Origin: an uncultured Planctomycetaceae bacterium
GTDB lineage: Bacteria > Planctomycetota > Planctomycetia > Pirellulales > PALSA-1355
Direction: 5' to 3'
Assembly (NCBI GenBank): GCA_963785305.1
Contig: CAWAUV010000004.1
Location: 96,001 to 160,000, forward strand
DNA: 64,000 nucleotides
In this document: one piece after another, positions 31,094-43,426 of the stretch
Numbering within the stretch: position 1 is the stretch's first letter
Layout of the letters: each line of letters starts with the position of its first letter
Notes under the pieces: generated by a model
Told to the model about the DNA's origin: nothing
Seen by the model: only the letters and a program-made list of their open reading frames with translations
The model's database searches: none
Translations under genes and position numbers: made by a program

Positions 31094-32263
31094 ATGCAAC
31101 CCATGACGGTCAAATTCGCCTGCGAGAAGTGCTTGCAAACGCTGGTCGCGGCCGAACACAAAATCGGTCAGTCGGTGCCCTGCCCGCGCTGCCGGGCCGC
31201 GCTCACGGTGCCCGATCTCGCGCGAGCCGCGGCGCTGTTGGAAATGAAACGCAAGGCGCGCGAACAGGGCGGCCGCGAAAACCCAAGCGACGCGGCCTCG
31301 GGGACTTCGCAAGCGGCGACGCCCGCCGCGACGCGAGCGCGTTCCGAACGCGTGACCGGTGGCCCGACGCCGACGCCTCCAGAGGCGCCGGGACCTGCCC
31401 GCGATCCTGTCGCGACGTCGCGGCATTTGCCCGCCAAAAAAACGGTCCGATCGAGCCCGCCCTCGTTGCCCGATGGCAAGAAAACCAAAGCCCCCGGGGC
31501 CATGCGACGCGAGAGCCCTTCAGACCAGCCGACCCGAACCGGCAGCTTGGCCGCGAAAACGGCTGCCCCGACAAAGCTCGAACCGGTCGCGCCGAACTCG
31601 GCCCTGCTGGACGCGCCCGCGACGCCGCCCGAGGAATCGGTTTTGCCGCATGATTCGGCGTCGGCCGCGGTGTCCGACGGAATTTTGGTTCGGCGTTGGG
31701 TGCTGTTTGCCCAAGGCGGTCTGATTGCCGTGGTGGCGCTGGTCGCCTATGTCTCGGGCTATCTCACCGGCGGAAGCGGTGGTGCCGCGCCATCGCCGGG
31801 CGAAACGCCGCTCTCGGCCGCGAAAAACGCTCCGGTGGTCGTGGTCGGCAAAGTGCGTTTTCGGCCCGATCGCAAGCCGGCCGAGGCAGACGGCGATGCC
31901 GTGGTTTTGGCCCTACCACGGGGCGCGGCGGTTTCGGAGAAAATCAAAGTCTCTGGCCTGCGACCCGAAGATCCTCGGCCGGCCGAAAACAATCCGCAGA
32001 CGCGCATTCTCGAATCGCTCGATGGCGGCTATGCGCGGGCCGATCGCTCGGGCAATTTCCAGTTGACCCTGCGGCCCGGTCCCTACCTGGTCTTGGCGAT
32101 CTCGCGTCATGCCAAGCGGCCGAACGGCCAACATGTGCCGCCCGAGCAATTGTCGCTTTTGGAGCAATACTTCGTTCCAGCCAAGGACCTGGTGGGCCAA
32201 GCCAAATTCGAAATCACGGAACGCGAGGTGGCGGAAGGTCGCCCCTTGGAGTTCGATTTCTAA
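31094..32263 (+). CDS. Zinc-ribbon / Pro-rich linker / single-TM membrane protein
   Basis: N-terminal CEKC...CPRC; low-complexity linker; TM GGLIAVVALVAYVSGYL; C-terminal beta-rich domain (ARADRSGNFQLTLRPGPYLV). Confidence 0.7.
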   Translation: MQPMTVKFACEKCLQTLVAAEHKIGQSVPCPRCRAALTVPDLARAAALLEMKRKAREQGGRENPSDAASGTSQAATPAATRARSERVTGGPTPTPPEAPGPARDPVATSRHLPAKKTVRSSPPSLPDGKKTKAPGAMRRESPSDQPTRTGSLAAKTAAPTKLEPVAPNSALLDAPATPPEESVLPHDSASAAVSDGILVRRWVLFAQGGLIAVVALVAYVSGYLTGGSGGAAPSPGETPLSAAKNAPVVVVGKVRFRPDRKPAEADGDAVVLALPRGAAVSEKIKVSGLRPEDPRPAENNPQTRILESLDGGYARADRSGNFQLTLRPGPYLVLAISRHAKRPNGQHVPPEQLSLLEQYFVPAKDLVGQAKFEITEREVAEGRPLEFDF

Positions 32264-32383
32264 ACGACCGCGGACTCTATCCAATCGGGGGGTTTCCGCG
32301 GACTTTGTATCTTCGCGGGGGAGCGCATGCGGCCCCCGCCCACCCGGTTGTATTTCGTCGTCTCTCCGGGCCTCCCGCCATTC

Positions 32384-32435
32384 AGAGCCGATCCGGCAAC
32401 TCCCCCCTCTCCCCCGCGGGAGAGGGTAGGGTGAG
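32384..32435 (+). repeat. REP-like palindromic element, copy 1
   Basis: AGAGCCGATCCGGCAACTCCCCCCTCTCCCCCGCGGGAGAGGGTAGGGTGAG; CCCTCTCCC/GGGAGAGGG hairpin; near-identical to 46983-47034. Confidence 0.8.
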
Positions 32436-32548
32436 CGCTCGCCGAAGTATCTCGGATAGGCCTTGAGTCCATTTTCGAGGTTCATTCCCTCCGTTTTTCC
32501 CGCTCACCGCAGGTTCAAAAACCTAGGCCGGAAAAGTGCTTGAATCGC

Positions 32549-32609
32549 TTGACGAAATGCTAAACTGCCTTTACGTTAATATGTTCAGATTAGATGCTAC
32601 GACGAACAT
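32549..32609 (+). promoter_or_regulatory. AT-rich promoter/operator region of the LysR gene
   Basis: TTGACG-N17-TACGTT followed by the inverted repeat ATGTTC-N17-GAACAT (32581-32609). Confidence 0.4.
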
Positions 32610-32642
32610 TTATTTGAATTACTCATCGGGGCGAGGATTCTC

Positions 32643-33758
32643 GTGCAGCTCAAAAGCCTCAAGGTGTTTTGCGACGTCGTGGGCTGGCGGAGCTTCTCCC
32701 GAGCCGCCGACGAGAATGGCATCTCGCAATCCGGCGCCAGCCAGGTGGTTCATCAACTCGAGCATCGCCTGGGCGTCAAGTTGATTGATCGCTCGAAACG
32801 CCCCTTCGTGCTCACGCCCGAGGGAGAAACCTACTACGACGGATGCCGCAAGTTGGTGCAACGTTATGACGCCCTTGAAGATCAGGTGCGCACGCTGCAC
32901 GAGGAAGTCTCCGGCCGGGTGCGAGTGGTGTCGATCTATTCGGTCGGGCTACATCATATGAGCCGCTATTTGCAGCGGTTCCTGAGTCAATATCCCAAGG
33001 CCAACGTGCGGCTCGAATACCAGCATCCGCATCAGGTCTATGAAGCGGTGGAGAAAGATCAGGCCGATCTGGGGCTCGTGAGCTATCCTCGCTCCTCGCG
33101 CACCATCGAAGCCTGTGGCTGGCGCGAGGAGCCAATGGTGCTGGTCTGTTCGCCCGAGCATCGCTTTGCCGGTCGGAGGGTGATCACGATTTCGGAATTC
33201 GACGGCGAGCGGCTCATCGGTTTCGATAACGATCTTGTTATTCGCCGCGAAATCGACCGCGTGCTGCAACTTCATGGCGCGGAAGTGCGAGTGGTGATGG
33301 AGTTCGACAATATCGAAACCATGAAGCGGGCCGTCGAGATCGATGCCGGGGTGGCCCTGCTGCCGGAGCCGACGGTGCGGCGCGAAGTGGCTGCCGGCAC
33401 GCTGGCGGCGATTCCGCTTTCGACCGATGAACTGGTCCGACCGCTGGGCATTATCTATCGCCGCGGAAAAGAGCTCGGGAGCACTGCCCGGCGATTTATC
33501 GAACTGCTGCAAACCGAAACCGCGGGCGATGATTTCGCCCCGCTCCGGGCGTCGCTGGCCGCCGGACTCACCGCGTTTCCCTCCCCGGCGACCGCGCCCG
33601 GAGAATCGCCCGCGGCGGCAATCGACGCGTTGGTCGACGGTGCGAAGCGTGTTGCCGCGGGCTCGGATTACGCCGCGGATGCGGCGAACAATCGGCGCGA
33701 CCGGCCCGTCGCCGCATGCGGCTCGCGTCGCGAGCGAGCAAGCGGGCCTCCGCGATGA
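32643..33758 (+). CDS. LysR-family transcriptional regulator
   Basis: HTH SFSRAA...ISQSGASQ..HQLEHRLGVKLIDRS...LTPEGE; substrate domain MEFDNIETMKRAVE; Ala-rich C-terminal tail. Confidence 0.93.
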   Translation: MQLKSLKVFCDVVGWRSFSRAADENGISQSGASQVVHQLEHRLGVKLIDRSKRPFVLTPEGETYYDGCRKLVQRYDALEDQVRTLHEEVSGRVRVVSIYSVGLHHMSRYLQRFLSQYPKANVRLEYQHPHQVYEAVEKDQADLGLVSYPRSSRTIEACGWREEPMVLVCSPEHRFAGRRVITISEFDGERLIGFDNDLVIRREIDRVLQLHGAEVRVVMEFDNIETMKRAVEIDAGVALLPEPTVRREVAAGTLAAIPLSTDELVRPLGIIYRRGKELGSTARRFIELLQTETAGDDFAPLRASLAAGLTAFPSPATAPGESPAAAIDALVDGAKRVAAGSDYAADAANNRRDRPVAACGSRRERASGPPR

Positions 33759-33972
33759 ACATCATGGCGAACCGAGCGGCGTCGCCTCGGCGCCGCCGGC
33801 CGATGGTTTGGCCCACGAGCCGGATCTCGCCGACGCCCCTAAAACCGCGGCTCGCCCGCGCCGCCGCCGTGTCGCGGCGAAGTCCTGACGGCTGGGCTCG
33901 GCGTCGCCCGCGACGCCGGTTCGGCCGCTTGTTTCGAGAGATTGCCAACGCGTTTTTGTCAGGTAAACCAGA

Positions 33973-36900
33973 GTGAGTGTGATGCGCAAAATTCAGCCCA
34001 ACCAGGGTCCGCCCGCCAAACAAGGTCTCTACGATCCGGCCCACGAGCACGACGCTTGCGGCGTGGGATTCGTCGTGAATATGCGCGGCGAGCAGAGCCA
34101 CGAAATCGTGCGTTCGGGCCTCGAGATCTTGGTCAATCTCACGCATCGCGGCGCTTGCGGCTGCGATCCCTTGACGGGCGATGGCGCCGGCATTCTCACC
34201 CAGATTCCCGATGGCTTCTTCCGCGAGCAGGCCGCCCGCCTGGGTGTCACGCTGCCGGCCAAGGGCGACTATGGCGTGGGCACGCTGTTTTTGCCTCGCG
34301 ACACCTCGGAGCGACGCTACTGCGAAGCGCGCATGGAAGCGATCGCCATCGAAGAAGGCCAGCAACTTGTCGCGTGGCGCACCGTGCCGATCGACAATCG
34401 CGTGCTGGGGCCCACGGCGCAAGATGTCGAGCCGGTGATCAAGCAGTTTTTCATTGTTCGCGGCGCCGACACGCCGCCCGACATGTTCGAATGGAAGCTC
34501 TACGTGATCCGCCGCCGACAAGAGCTCGAGATTCGCAACAGCAAGCTGCGGCAAAAGTCGTACAACTACGTGCCGAGTCTGTCGAGCCGAGTGGTGATCT
34601 ACAAGGGGCTTTTACTGGCCGAACAGGTCGAGTCGTTTTATCGCGATCTGGCCGATCCGACATTCGTCTCGGCGCTGGCGCTGGTGCATCAACGCTACAG
34701 CACCAATACGTTTCCGACTTGGGACCTGGCGCATCCCTTCCGCTACTTGGCCCACAACGGCGAAATCAACACCTTGCGTGGCAACGTGAACTGGATGCAT
34801 GCGCGCGAGAGCATGTTCGATCATCCGGTGTATGGGCCCGACTTGAAAAAAATCTGCCCGGTGTGCGTGCGCGGGGCGAGCGATTCGGCGGTGTTCGACA
34901 ATGCGCTCGAGTTGCTGGTGCTCACGGGCCGCTCGCTGCCCGAGGCGATGTCGATGTTGATTCCCGAGCCCTGGTCGGGTCACGAGAGCATGAGCGACGA
35001 GCTCAAGGCCTATTATGAATATCAGGCGTGTCTCATGGAGCCGTGGGATGGCCCGGCCTCGATGGCGTTTACCGATGGCGTGATGATGGGCGCCCAACTC
35101 GATCGCAACGGCCTGCGGCCCAGCCGTTATTGGGTCACGAAAAAAGGCTGGGTCATCATGGCCTCCGAGGCCGGCGTGCTCGATATCCCGCCGGAAGAAG
35201 TCGAGTCGAAGGGCCGCTTGCGGCCGGGCCGCATGTTCCTGGTCGACATGGAAGAAGGCCGCATCGTGGCCGACGCCGAGATCAAACGCGAGCTCGCGGC
35301 GCACCAGCCCTATCGCGAGTGGCTCAAGGAAAACCAACTCACGCTCGCCGACCTTCCGGCGGCGCCCGACACCAATGGTCACCTCGAGGAACCGCTCGTC
35401 AAGCTGCACGCGCACTTTCGGCTATACGCTCGAGGACCTGCGCATCCTGCTCGCGCCGATGGGCGCCGACGGTTACGAGCCGATTGGCTCGATGGGCAAC
35501 GACACGCCGCTCGCCGTGCTGAGCGACCGACCCCAACTGCTCTACAACTATTTCAAGCAGTTGTTCGCGCAAGTGACGAATCCGCCGCTCGATGGCATTC
35601 GCGAGGAGATCATCACCTCGCTCGTCACCACGATCGGCTCCGAGGGCAATCTGCTCGGCGAGACGCCCGAGCAGTGCCGCCTCTTGCGACTCGAGCAGCC
35701 GGTGCTCACGAACCGCGAAATGCGCATGGTGGCCCAGCTCGATCTTCCGCGGCTCAAGGCGCGCACGCTTTCGACCCTGTTCGACCGCCGCGAGGGCGTC
35801 GAGGGCCTACGGCGGCGGATGCAAGACCTGCGCACGAGGCGTCGCAAGCGATCGCCGATGGGGTGACGATCTTGATTCTTTCCGATCGCGACGCGGGCCC
35901 GGATCGCGTGCCCGTGCCGGCGCTTTTGGCCACGAGCGGCGTGCATCATCACCTGGTGCGCGAGGAGACTCGCACTCGCTGCGGCTTGGTGGTCGAGACC
36001 GGCGAGGCCCGCGAGGTGCACCATTTCGCGCTCCTCACCGGCTACGGCGCCGGAGCGGTGAACCCGTACCTGGCCTTTGCCACGCTGCGTGAAATGAGAG
36101 CCCAGGGCATGCTTCCCCCGGCCCTGACTTATGAAAAGATCGAAAAGAACTACATCAAGAGCGTGAGCAAGGGGCTGCTCAAGGTGATGAGCAAAATGGG
36201 CATCTCGACCCAGCAAAGCTATCGCGGAGCGCAGATTTTCGAGGCCATCGGCCTCCACACCGAGTTCATCGACGAATACTTCACCTGGACTCCGAGTCGC
36301 TTGCAGGGCGTGGGTCTGGAAACCATCGCCGAGGAATCGCTCCGCCGCCATGAACACGCCTATCCGACCACGCATGTTCCCCAAACGCTCGACCTCGATG
36401 TCGGCGGGCAGTACCAATGGCGGCGCAAGGGCGAGCGCATATCTTTTCGCCCGACGTGATCGCCAAGCTCCAGCAAGCCACGTCGATCAACAGCCGCGAG
36501 GAATTCCGCCGGTTTTGCAAACTGATCGACGATCAGCAGCGAAGCCTGCTCACTTTGCGCGGGTTGCTCGATTTCAAATACGGCGACAAACCGATTCCGC
36601 TCGAGGAAGTCGAGGACGCGCGCGAGATCGTCAAGCGCTTCGCCACCGGGGCGATGTCCTACGGTTCGATTTCGCGCGAAGCGCACGAATCCTTGGCGAT
36701 CGCCATGAATCGGATCGGCGGCCGAAGCAACACGGGCGAGGGCGGCGAGGATTCGGCCCGCTATCGGCCCGACGCCAACGGCGACAATCGCTCAAGCGCC
36801 ATCAAGCAGGTGGCCAGCGGGCGATTCGGAGTGACGAGCGAATATTTGGTCAATGCCCGCGAACTCCAGATCAAGATGGCCCAGGGCGCGAAGCCCGGCG

Positions 36901-38567
36901 AGGGCGGACAACTGCCCGGCCACAAGGTCGACAAGGAAATCGGCCGTATTCGCCATAGCACTCCCGGCGTCGGGCTCATTTCGCCGCCGCCGCATCATGA
37001 TATTTATTCGATCGAAGACCTCTCGCAGTTGATCCACGATCTTAAAAACGCGAACCGTTTCGCGCGGGTCAGCGTGAAGCTCGTGGCGGAAGTGGGCGTG
37101 GGCACGATCGCCGCCGGCGTGAGCAAGGGCAAGAGCGACGTGGTGCTCATCAGCGGACACGATGGCGGCACCGGCGCGAGCCCGTTGACCTCGATCAAGC
37201 ATGCCGGCGCTCCCTGGGAACTGGGCCTCGCCGAAACGCATCAGGTGCTGGTGCTCAACGATCTCCGCGGACGGATCGTGGTGCAGACCGATGGTCAGCT
37301 TCGCACCGCCAAGGATATCGCCATTGCCACCTTGCTGGGCGCCGAGGAATGGGGCATCGCCACGGCGGCCTTGGTCACCGTGGGCTGCATCATGATGCGC
37401 AAGTGCCATCTGAACACCTGCCCGGTGGGCATCGCCACCCAAGACACCGAGCTGCGCAAGAAATTCCACGGCAAGCCGGAGCATGTGGTCAACTACTTCT
37501 TCCTGCTGGCCGAGGAATTGCGCGAGATCATGGCCAAACTCGGCTTTCGCACGATCAACGAAATGGTCGGCCGAGTCGATCGCTTGCACACGCTCGACGC
37601 GCTCAATCACTGGAAGGCCCGAGGGCTCGATTTTTCATCGATTCTCCATCGGCCCCAAACGCCGTCGTATATCAAGACCCATCACTGCGAGGACCAGGAC
37701 CACGGACTCGAGGCGGGTCTTGATCTGAGCGTGCTCGTCAAGGCATGCGCTCCGGCGCTCGAACGGCAGGAGCCGGTGACGCTCGATATTCCGATTCGCA
37801 ACATCAATCGCACCGTGGGCACGATCCTGTGCAGCGAGGTCACGCGCCGCTTTGGCGGCAAGGGCTTCGACAAGCCCGACACGATCCAGATCAATTTCCG
37901 CGGCGCCGCCGGGCAAAGCCTGATGGCTTTCGGCGTGCATGGCGTGACGGCCCGGGTCGAGGGCGACGTGAACGACTACTGCGGCAAGGGCCTCTCGGGC
38001 GGCAAGATCATCGTGTATCCGCCGCGCGAAAGCACGTTCGTGGCCGAGGACAACATCATCGCGGGCAATGTGGTGCTCTACGGCGCCACGGCCGGCGAAG
38101 TGTATCTCCGCGGCATTGCCGGCGAGCGGTTCTGCGTGCGGAATAGCGGCGCGCTGGCCGTGGTCGAGGGCGTGGGCGATCATGGCTGCGAATACATGAC
38201 CGCCGGCCGGGCCGTGATTCTCGGCAAGACCGGCCGCAACTTCGCCGCCGGCATGAGCGGTGGCATCGCCTATGTGCTCGATATCGACGGCGGCTTCCCG
38301 CGGCTCGTGAATCGCGAAATGGTGGGCCTTGAAGACCTCGGCGACCCGGCCGATCAAGAGTTCATTCTCGAAGTGGTTCGCCGCCATGTGGAGTACACCG
38401 GCAGCACGCGCGGCCAATGGGTGCTCGATAACTGGCCGGAGATGATCGAAAAATTCGTCAAAGTGATGCCAACCGACTACAAACTTGCTCTGCAGCGCAT
38501 GAAAGACGAGGAGTTGGCCTCACGGGAAATTCACAAGCCGAAGCTGCAAGGGGTGGCTCATGGGTGA
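33973..38567 (+). CDS. gltB: Glutamate synthase large subunit; several frameshifts
   Basis: [94 protein letters not shown] and GCEYMTAG. Frameshifts near 35410, 35835 and 36435. Confidence 0.97.
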
Positions 38568-40047
38568 TTTGCGGGGATTCATGAAACACAAACGGGTTTA
38601 CGCGGCCAAGGAACCCGTGCCCTCGCGGCTCAAGCACTACAAGGAATTCCTGCAAATCATCTCGCCCGAGGATATGAGGGTGCAGGGCGCTCGCTGCATG
38701 GACTGCGGCATCCCCTTTTGCCACACGGGCTGCCCGCTGGGAAACATCATTCCCGATTGGAACGATCTGGTGTATCGCGACCAATGGCGCGAGGCGCTCG
38801 ATCGGCTGCACTCCACGAACAACTTCCCCGAGTTCACCGGCCGGATTTGCCCCGCGCCGTGCGAAGCGGCTTGTGTGCTAGGCATCAACGAAGACCCGGT
38901 CGCGATCAAGCAGATCGAATGCGCGATTGCGGATCGAGGCTTCGATGAGGGCTGGATCACGGCCGAACCGCCCTCCCTGCGCACCGGCAAACGCGTGGCG
39001 GTTGTCGGCAGCGGGCCCGCCGGACTCGCCGCCGCCCAGCAGTTGAATCGCGCCGGGCATCTGGTCACCGTGTTCGAGCGCGACGATCGGCCGGGCGGCT
39101 TGCTGATGTATGGCATTCCCGACTTCAAGCTCGAAAAATCGCGCGTTTGGCGACGCATCGAGCAGATGCGGTCCGAGGGCGTCGAGTTTCGCGTGAACGC
39201 GAATGTGGGCCTGAATGTCTCGGTCGAGGAACTGCGCGACGACTACGACGCGATCTTGCTCGCCGGCGGCGCCACCGCCCCGCGCGACCTGCCGGTTCCA
39301 GGCCGGGAGCTGCGCGGAGTTCATTTCGCCATGGAATTCCTGCCGCAGCAAAACAAAGTCAATCAGGGCGACAAGGTTCCCAGTCAAATTCTGGCCACCG
39401 GCAAGCATGTGATCGTGATCGGCGGCGGCGACACCGGCAGCGACTGCACCGGAACCTCGAATCGCCAAAAATGCGCGAGCCTCACGCAGTTCGAACTGCT
39501 GCCGCAGCCGCCCGACGTGGGCGCGTTTCCGCGTATTCATCAGCGGCCGGCAAGTTCACCCTGGCCCTATTGGCCGATGATCCTCCGCACCAGCACTTCC
39601 CACGAAGAAGGCTGCATCCGCCAATTCAGTATCATGACCAAGGAATTCCGCGGCGACGCCCAGGGCAATGTCCAGAAGCTCGTGACCGTGGGACTCGAAT
39701 GGACGCAAGACGCCGTCGGTCGCCAAGTTCCCAAGGAGATTCCGGGAACGGAAAAGGAATGGCCCTGCCAGTTGGCCCTGCTCGCGATGGGCTTCGTGGG
39801 GCCCGAGAAAAAAGGCCCCATCGAGCAGCTTGGCTTGGCGCTCGACGCGCGGGGCAATGTGCGCTGCGACGACGAATATCGCGCGAGCGTCGATGGCGTG
39901 TTTGCCGCCGGCGATCTGCGGCGCGGGCAATCGCTCGTCGTGTGGGCGATCCATGAAGGCCGCGAAGCAGCTCGCTCGATTGATAAGTACCTGATGGGTC
40001 TCACCCATCTTCCAAGCGTCAACGCCGGCGATTACGCCTGGAAGTAA
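38560..40047 (+). CDS. gltD: Glutamate synthase small subunit
   Basis: [45 protein letters not shown] and [11 protein letters not shown]; overlaps the gltB stop. Confidence 0.97.
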   Translation: MGDLRGFMKHKRVYAAKEPVPSRLKHYKEFLQIISPEDMRVQGARCMDCGIPFCHTGCPLGNIIPDWNDLVYRDQWREALDRLHSTNNFPEFTGRICPAPCEAACVLGINEDPVAIKQIECAIADRGFDEGWITAEPPSLRTGKRVAVVGSGPAGLAAAQQLNRAGHLVTVFERDDRPGGLLMYGIPDFKLEKSRVWRRIEQMRSEGVEFRVNANVGLNVSVEELRDDYDAILLAGGATAPRDLPVPGRELRGVHFAMEFLPQQNKVNQGDKVPSQILATGKHVIVIGGGDTGSDCTGTSNRQKCASLTQFELLPQPPDVGAFPRIHQRPASSPWPYWPMILRTSTSHEEGCIRQFSIMTKEFRGDAQGNVQKLVTVGLEWTQDAVGRQVPKEIPGTEKEWPCQLALLAMGFVGPEKKGPIEQLGLALDARGNVRCDDEYRASVDGVFAAGDLRRGQSLVVWAIHEGREAARSIDKYLMGLTHLPSVNAGDYAWK

Positions 40048-40290
40048 GGCGAACTGGACCGCGGTGACGAGCATGGTCGAGAACGGGACCATGAAAGTCG
40101 GCGAGCGACCACCGGAAGCGAAACCATTGTTACGCCGCGGCAGCGGCCATTATCCGCGGCCATTGGCCGCAACGCCTTCATTTCCTATCATCGTGCGACT
40201 TAGCCCCGCCGCGTCGGCTCGCTGATCGAGCTGTTTGGCCAATCCTGCCCGCCCGCCGGCGCTCGCGCCGGAATCTCTCCCTCGCTAGAA

Positions 40291-42105
40291 ATGCTCCGCA
40301 TGATTCGCTCGCCTCGCTTGATCTGGTGCGTGTTGCTACTCGTCGGCTTCGGCAAGGAAAGTCTTTCCGCCGAACAACCCACGGCCAAAAAATCTTCCGC
40401 TGCGGTCAAGCAGATGGCCGACGTCGTGCGGGAGTATTCGGCGGATCGCGAGAGCGTCTCGAACTTTTATCGCCTGCCCGCGTCGGACTTGGCCTTCGAA
40501 CGGCGGGAGCGATTGGAGACGGCTTGGTTGGAACGACTGAAGGCGATCGACTTCGATGCCCTGGAACACTCGGACAAAGTCGATTACTTGCTGCTCGCGA
40601 ATCATCTCACGCGGTCTCTCGACGGCATCGCCCGCGAGCGGAAACGGGTTGCCGAGATGGACCGGCTCCTTCCTTTCCGCGAGCTGATCGACACGCTGGA
40701 ACCGGCCCGCTGGCGAGCGGCGCCGATCGATTACCGCGCCACCGCCACCCAGCTCGAGGCGTTGGTCGAGCAAGTGAAGACGCTGCGCGAAGAGCTCGAG
40801 AAGTCTCACAAGTCGAAGGCCGACGCGGCAAGGAAATCGACGGATGCCCAAGAGCCGGCGAAGTCCAAGACCGGCGACGAACCCGCGAACGCGGACGTGC
40901 CGCCCTATCTGGCCCTCCGCGCTGCCAAGGCCACGAAGGAGTTTCAAGAATCGCTCCAGCGCTGGCACGACTACTACAGCGGCTACCAGCCCGAGTTCGA
41001 CTGGTGGATCAAGCAGCCTTTCGAGAAGGCGACCAAGGAACTCGACGACCAAGCGAAACTGCTGCGCGAAGAGCTCGCGGGCCAGAAGGGAAAGGATGAT
41101 GATCCGCTGGTCGGAGACCCGATCGGTCCAGACGCCGTGGCGACCGAAATCCGCCGGGAGTTCCTGCCTTATATGGCCGAGGAGCTCATCGCCATTGGCG
41201 AGCGCGAGCTAGCATGGGGCGAGGATCAAATGCGCATCGCCGCGCGGCAAATGAACCTCGGCGACGACTGGAAGGCCGCCTTGGCCAAGGTCAAGGCCGA
41301 CTATGTTCCGCCGGGCGGCCAGGACGCCCTAGTCGAGAAGATTGGTCGCGAGGCCACCGAGTTCGTGAAGCAGAGGAAACTGGTCACCGTGCCCCCCTTG
41401 GCCGAGGAAACATGGCGGCTGACCATGATCTCGCCCGAGGGCATCAAGACCATTCCCTACGCGGCCTATGGCGGGCAGCAGGTCCTCGTCGCGTACGCGA
41501 GGAACGACATGAGCCAGGAAGACAAGCTCATGGTGATGCGCGGCAACAACAGCCACTTTACTCGGCTGGTGACGCCGCACGAGCTGATTCCCGGCCATCA
41601 TTTGCAAGGCTTCTACGCGGCCCGGCACAATAGCCACCGCGAACTGTTTTGGACGCCATACTATGTCGAGGGCTGGTCGCTCTACTGGGAACTGCGGCTC
41701 TGGGACCTGGGTTGGGCCCAGACACCCGAGGACCGGATCGGCATGCTCTTCTGGCGGATGACCCGGGCCGCGCGGATCATCGTGAGCCTCAAGTACCACC
41801 AGGGCGAGATGAAACCGGACGAGATGGTCGACTTTCTCGTTTCGAGAGTCGGGCATGAGAAGTTGGGCGCCACGAGCGAGGTCCGCCGCTTCATTCAGGC
41901 GTCGCCGCTCTATCAGGCCGGCTACTTGATCGGCGGCCTGCAACTTTATGCCTTGCAAAAGGAACTGGTGGGCCCAGGCAAGATGACGGAGCGGGAATTT
42001 CATGACGCCGTGCTAATGCAAGGCACGATGCCGATCGAACCCTTGCGAGCCGCCCTGGAGAAGCTCCCGCTAAAGCGTGATACGAAGCCCGGTTGGCGCT
42101 TTTGA
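40291..42105 (+). CDS. Secreted DUF885-family putative metallopeptidase
   Basis: Signal peptide; HELIPGHHLQ, YVEGWSLYWE, RAARIIV and YQAGYLIGG. Confidence 0.85.
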   Translation: MLRMIRSPRLIWCVLLLVGFGKESLSAEQPTAKKSSAAVKQMADVVREYSADRESVSNFYRLPASDLAFERRERLETAWLERLKAIDFDALEHSDKVDYLLLANHLTRSLDGIARERKRVAEMDRLLPFRELIDTLEPARWRAAPIDYRATATQLEALVEQVKTLREELEKSHKSKADAARKSTDAQEPAKSKTGDEPANADVPPYLALRAAKATKEFQESLQRWHDYYSGYQPEFDWWIKQPFEKATKELDDQAKLLREELAGQKGKDDDPLVGDPIGPDAVATEIRREFLPYMAEELIAIGERELAWGEDQMRIAARQMNLGDDWKAALAKVKADYVPPGGQDALVEKIGREATEFVKQRKLVTVPPLAEETWRLTMISPEGIKTIPYAAYGGQQVLVAYARNDMSQEDKLMVMRGNNSHFTRLVTPHELIPGHHLQGFYAARHNSHRELFWTPYYVEGWSLYWELRLWDLGWAQTPEDRIGMLFWRMTRAARIIVSLKYHQGEMKPDEMVDFLVSRVGHEKLGATSEVRRFIQASPLYQAGYLIGGLQLYALQKELVGPGKMTEREFHDAVLMQGTMPIEPLRAALEKLPLKRDTKPGWRF

Positions 42106-42120
42106 CAGTCGCCTGGAACT

Positions 42121-43027
42121 TTACAACGCCGGCGCCCCGGGAAACACGGCCACCGGCAGTCGCGTTTGCTCGCGCACTCGATCGGCCACGCGCGTTTAGC
42201 TCGGCTTCGGCTAGCGGGCTCACGAAACTTTCGGCCGGTTGGCGGGCGACGGTATAGATTTGAATCAGTTTCAATTGGCCGCCGGCGGCGACGATTTCAT
42301 TCAGCCGGTCGCGGAAGGCGAGTTGCTCGGCCTCGGAGGGCCCGTCGCCGTGGATGCGCATGAAAAGCGACTGGATCACGAGCGGACGAACCCGGGCGGC
42401 GGCGGTGATATTGTCCAAGATGCGGCGAAACGGAATTCGAGTGCGCTCGACAAGCTGGTAATAGGCATCGGTCCCGGCTTCGAGCTTGGCCCAAATCTCG
42501 CCGTTGTCGGCGTCGAGCAGCTCGAGTCCCTTTCGCACGCGCGGCCGATGCAGCATGCTGGCGTTGGTGATCAGTAGAAGTTTCACGGCATCGAGCCCGA
42601 AGCGTCGCTTAACCTGGGCGATGCGGTCGACGATCTCATCGAAATTGCGATAGGTGGTCGGTTCGCCATCGCCGCTCAGTGCGATATCGTTGAGCCGGCG
42701 CAGCTCGCTAGGCGTGGCGCCGAATGGCTCGACACGGTAGATTTCGCCGCTCGTGATCGTGGCCAACGTCGCGTCGAGTTCTCGTTCAAGTTGGTCGATC
42801 GCCACGAATCGGGTTTCGGCTTCGCGAGTGCGATCGACCTGGCAGTAAATGCAGTCGAAGTTACAGACCTTGTCGGGGTTCAGATTCACGCCCAGCGACA
42901 ACCCACCCAAGCGCCGGCTGAGCACCGGGTACACGAACCGATTCGTGGCCCAAGCGCGCAAATGGAGCGCATGCAATGCGAGCGGCCGAGCGACCGCGGA
43001 GTCGGCGAGAGGTTGCGGATCAGCCAT
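42121..43027 (-). CDS. Radical SAM protein (uncharacterised, COG0731-like); frameshift near C-terminus
   Basis: YPVLSRRLGGLSLGVNL, CNFDCIYC (CxxxCxxC), SGDGEPT and LITNAS; the shifted frame ends VADRVREQTRLPVAVFPGAPAL*. Confidence 0.88.
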
Positions 43028-43129
43028 GCGAAGCCTTGCGGCGCGGACCAAAGCCGCGGTGACGCGGCGGCCCGAGAAATCGAGGCCGCGCCCCATCGGC
43101 GGTTTTGGCCCGCGCGGAATGGCGCGGCG

Positions 43130-43426
43130 TTAAGCGCGGCGCAATTCGGAGTATTCGTCGATCGAAATCGTGGTCAACTCGCCACTATCTCGCTTGAGCA
43201 CGATCAGGTCGCTGTAGACTTTGTCGTCGGGACTGCGGCGAAAGTGGAGACCATGCCGGCGGCGCTCGGTGCGCACGACCGTGCCAGCGGTTTCCGACAT
43301 CCAAATGCGACTGCCCACCTTGACTTCATGCTTCATCGCCACGCGGTCGCCCGGCTTGAGCTCCGCGAATAGATTCAGATTTACGATCGCCTGCTTTTGC
43401 TGGCGCACTAGCGTTTTGTTGCTCAT
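43130..43426 (-). CDS. Small basic hypothetical protein (SH3-like beta fold likely)
   Basis: Clean 98-aa ORF with AGGAG RBS; LKPGDRV...HEVKVG...RRRHGLHFRR..DDKVYSD. Confidence 0.7.
   Translation of the reverse strand: MSNKTLVRQQKQAIVNLNLFAELKPGDRVAMKHEVKVGSRIWMSETAGTVVRTERRRHGLHFRRSPDDKVYSDLIVLKRDSGELTTISIDEYSELRRA

Noticed and set aside
33973..38567. Programmed frameshifting or a naturally split gltB (also glnA and the sulfatase)
   Set aside because: The breaks are scattered across unrelated genes without slippery motifs; sequencing indels are the simpler explanation.
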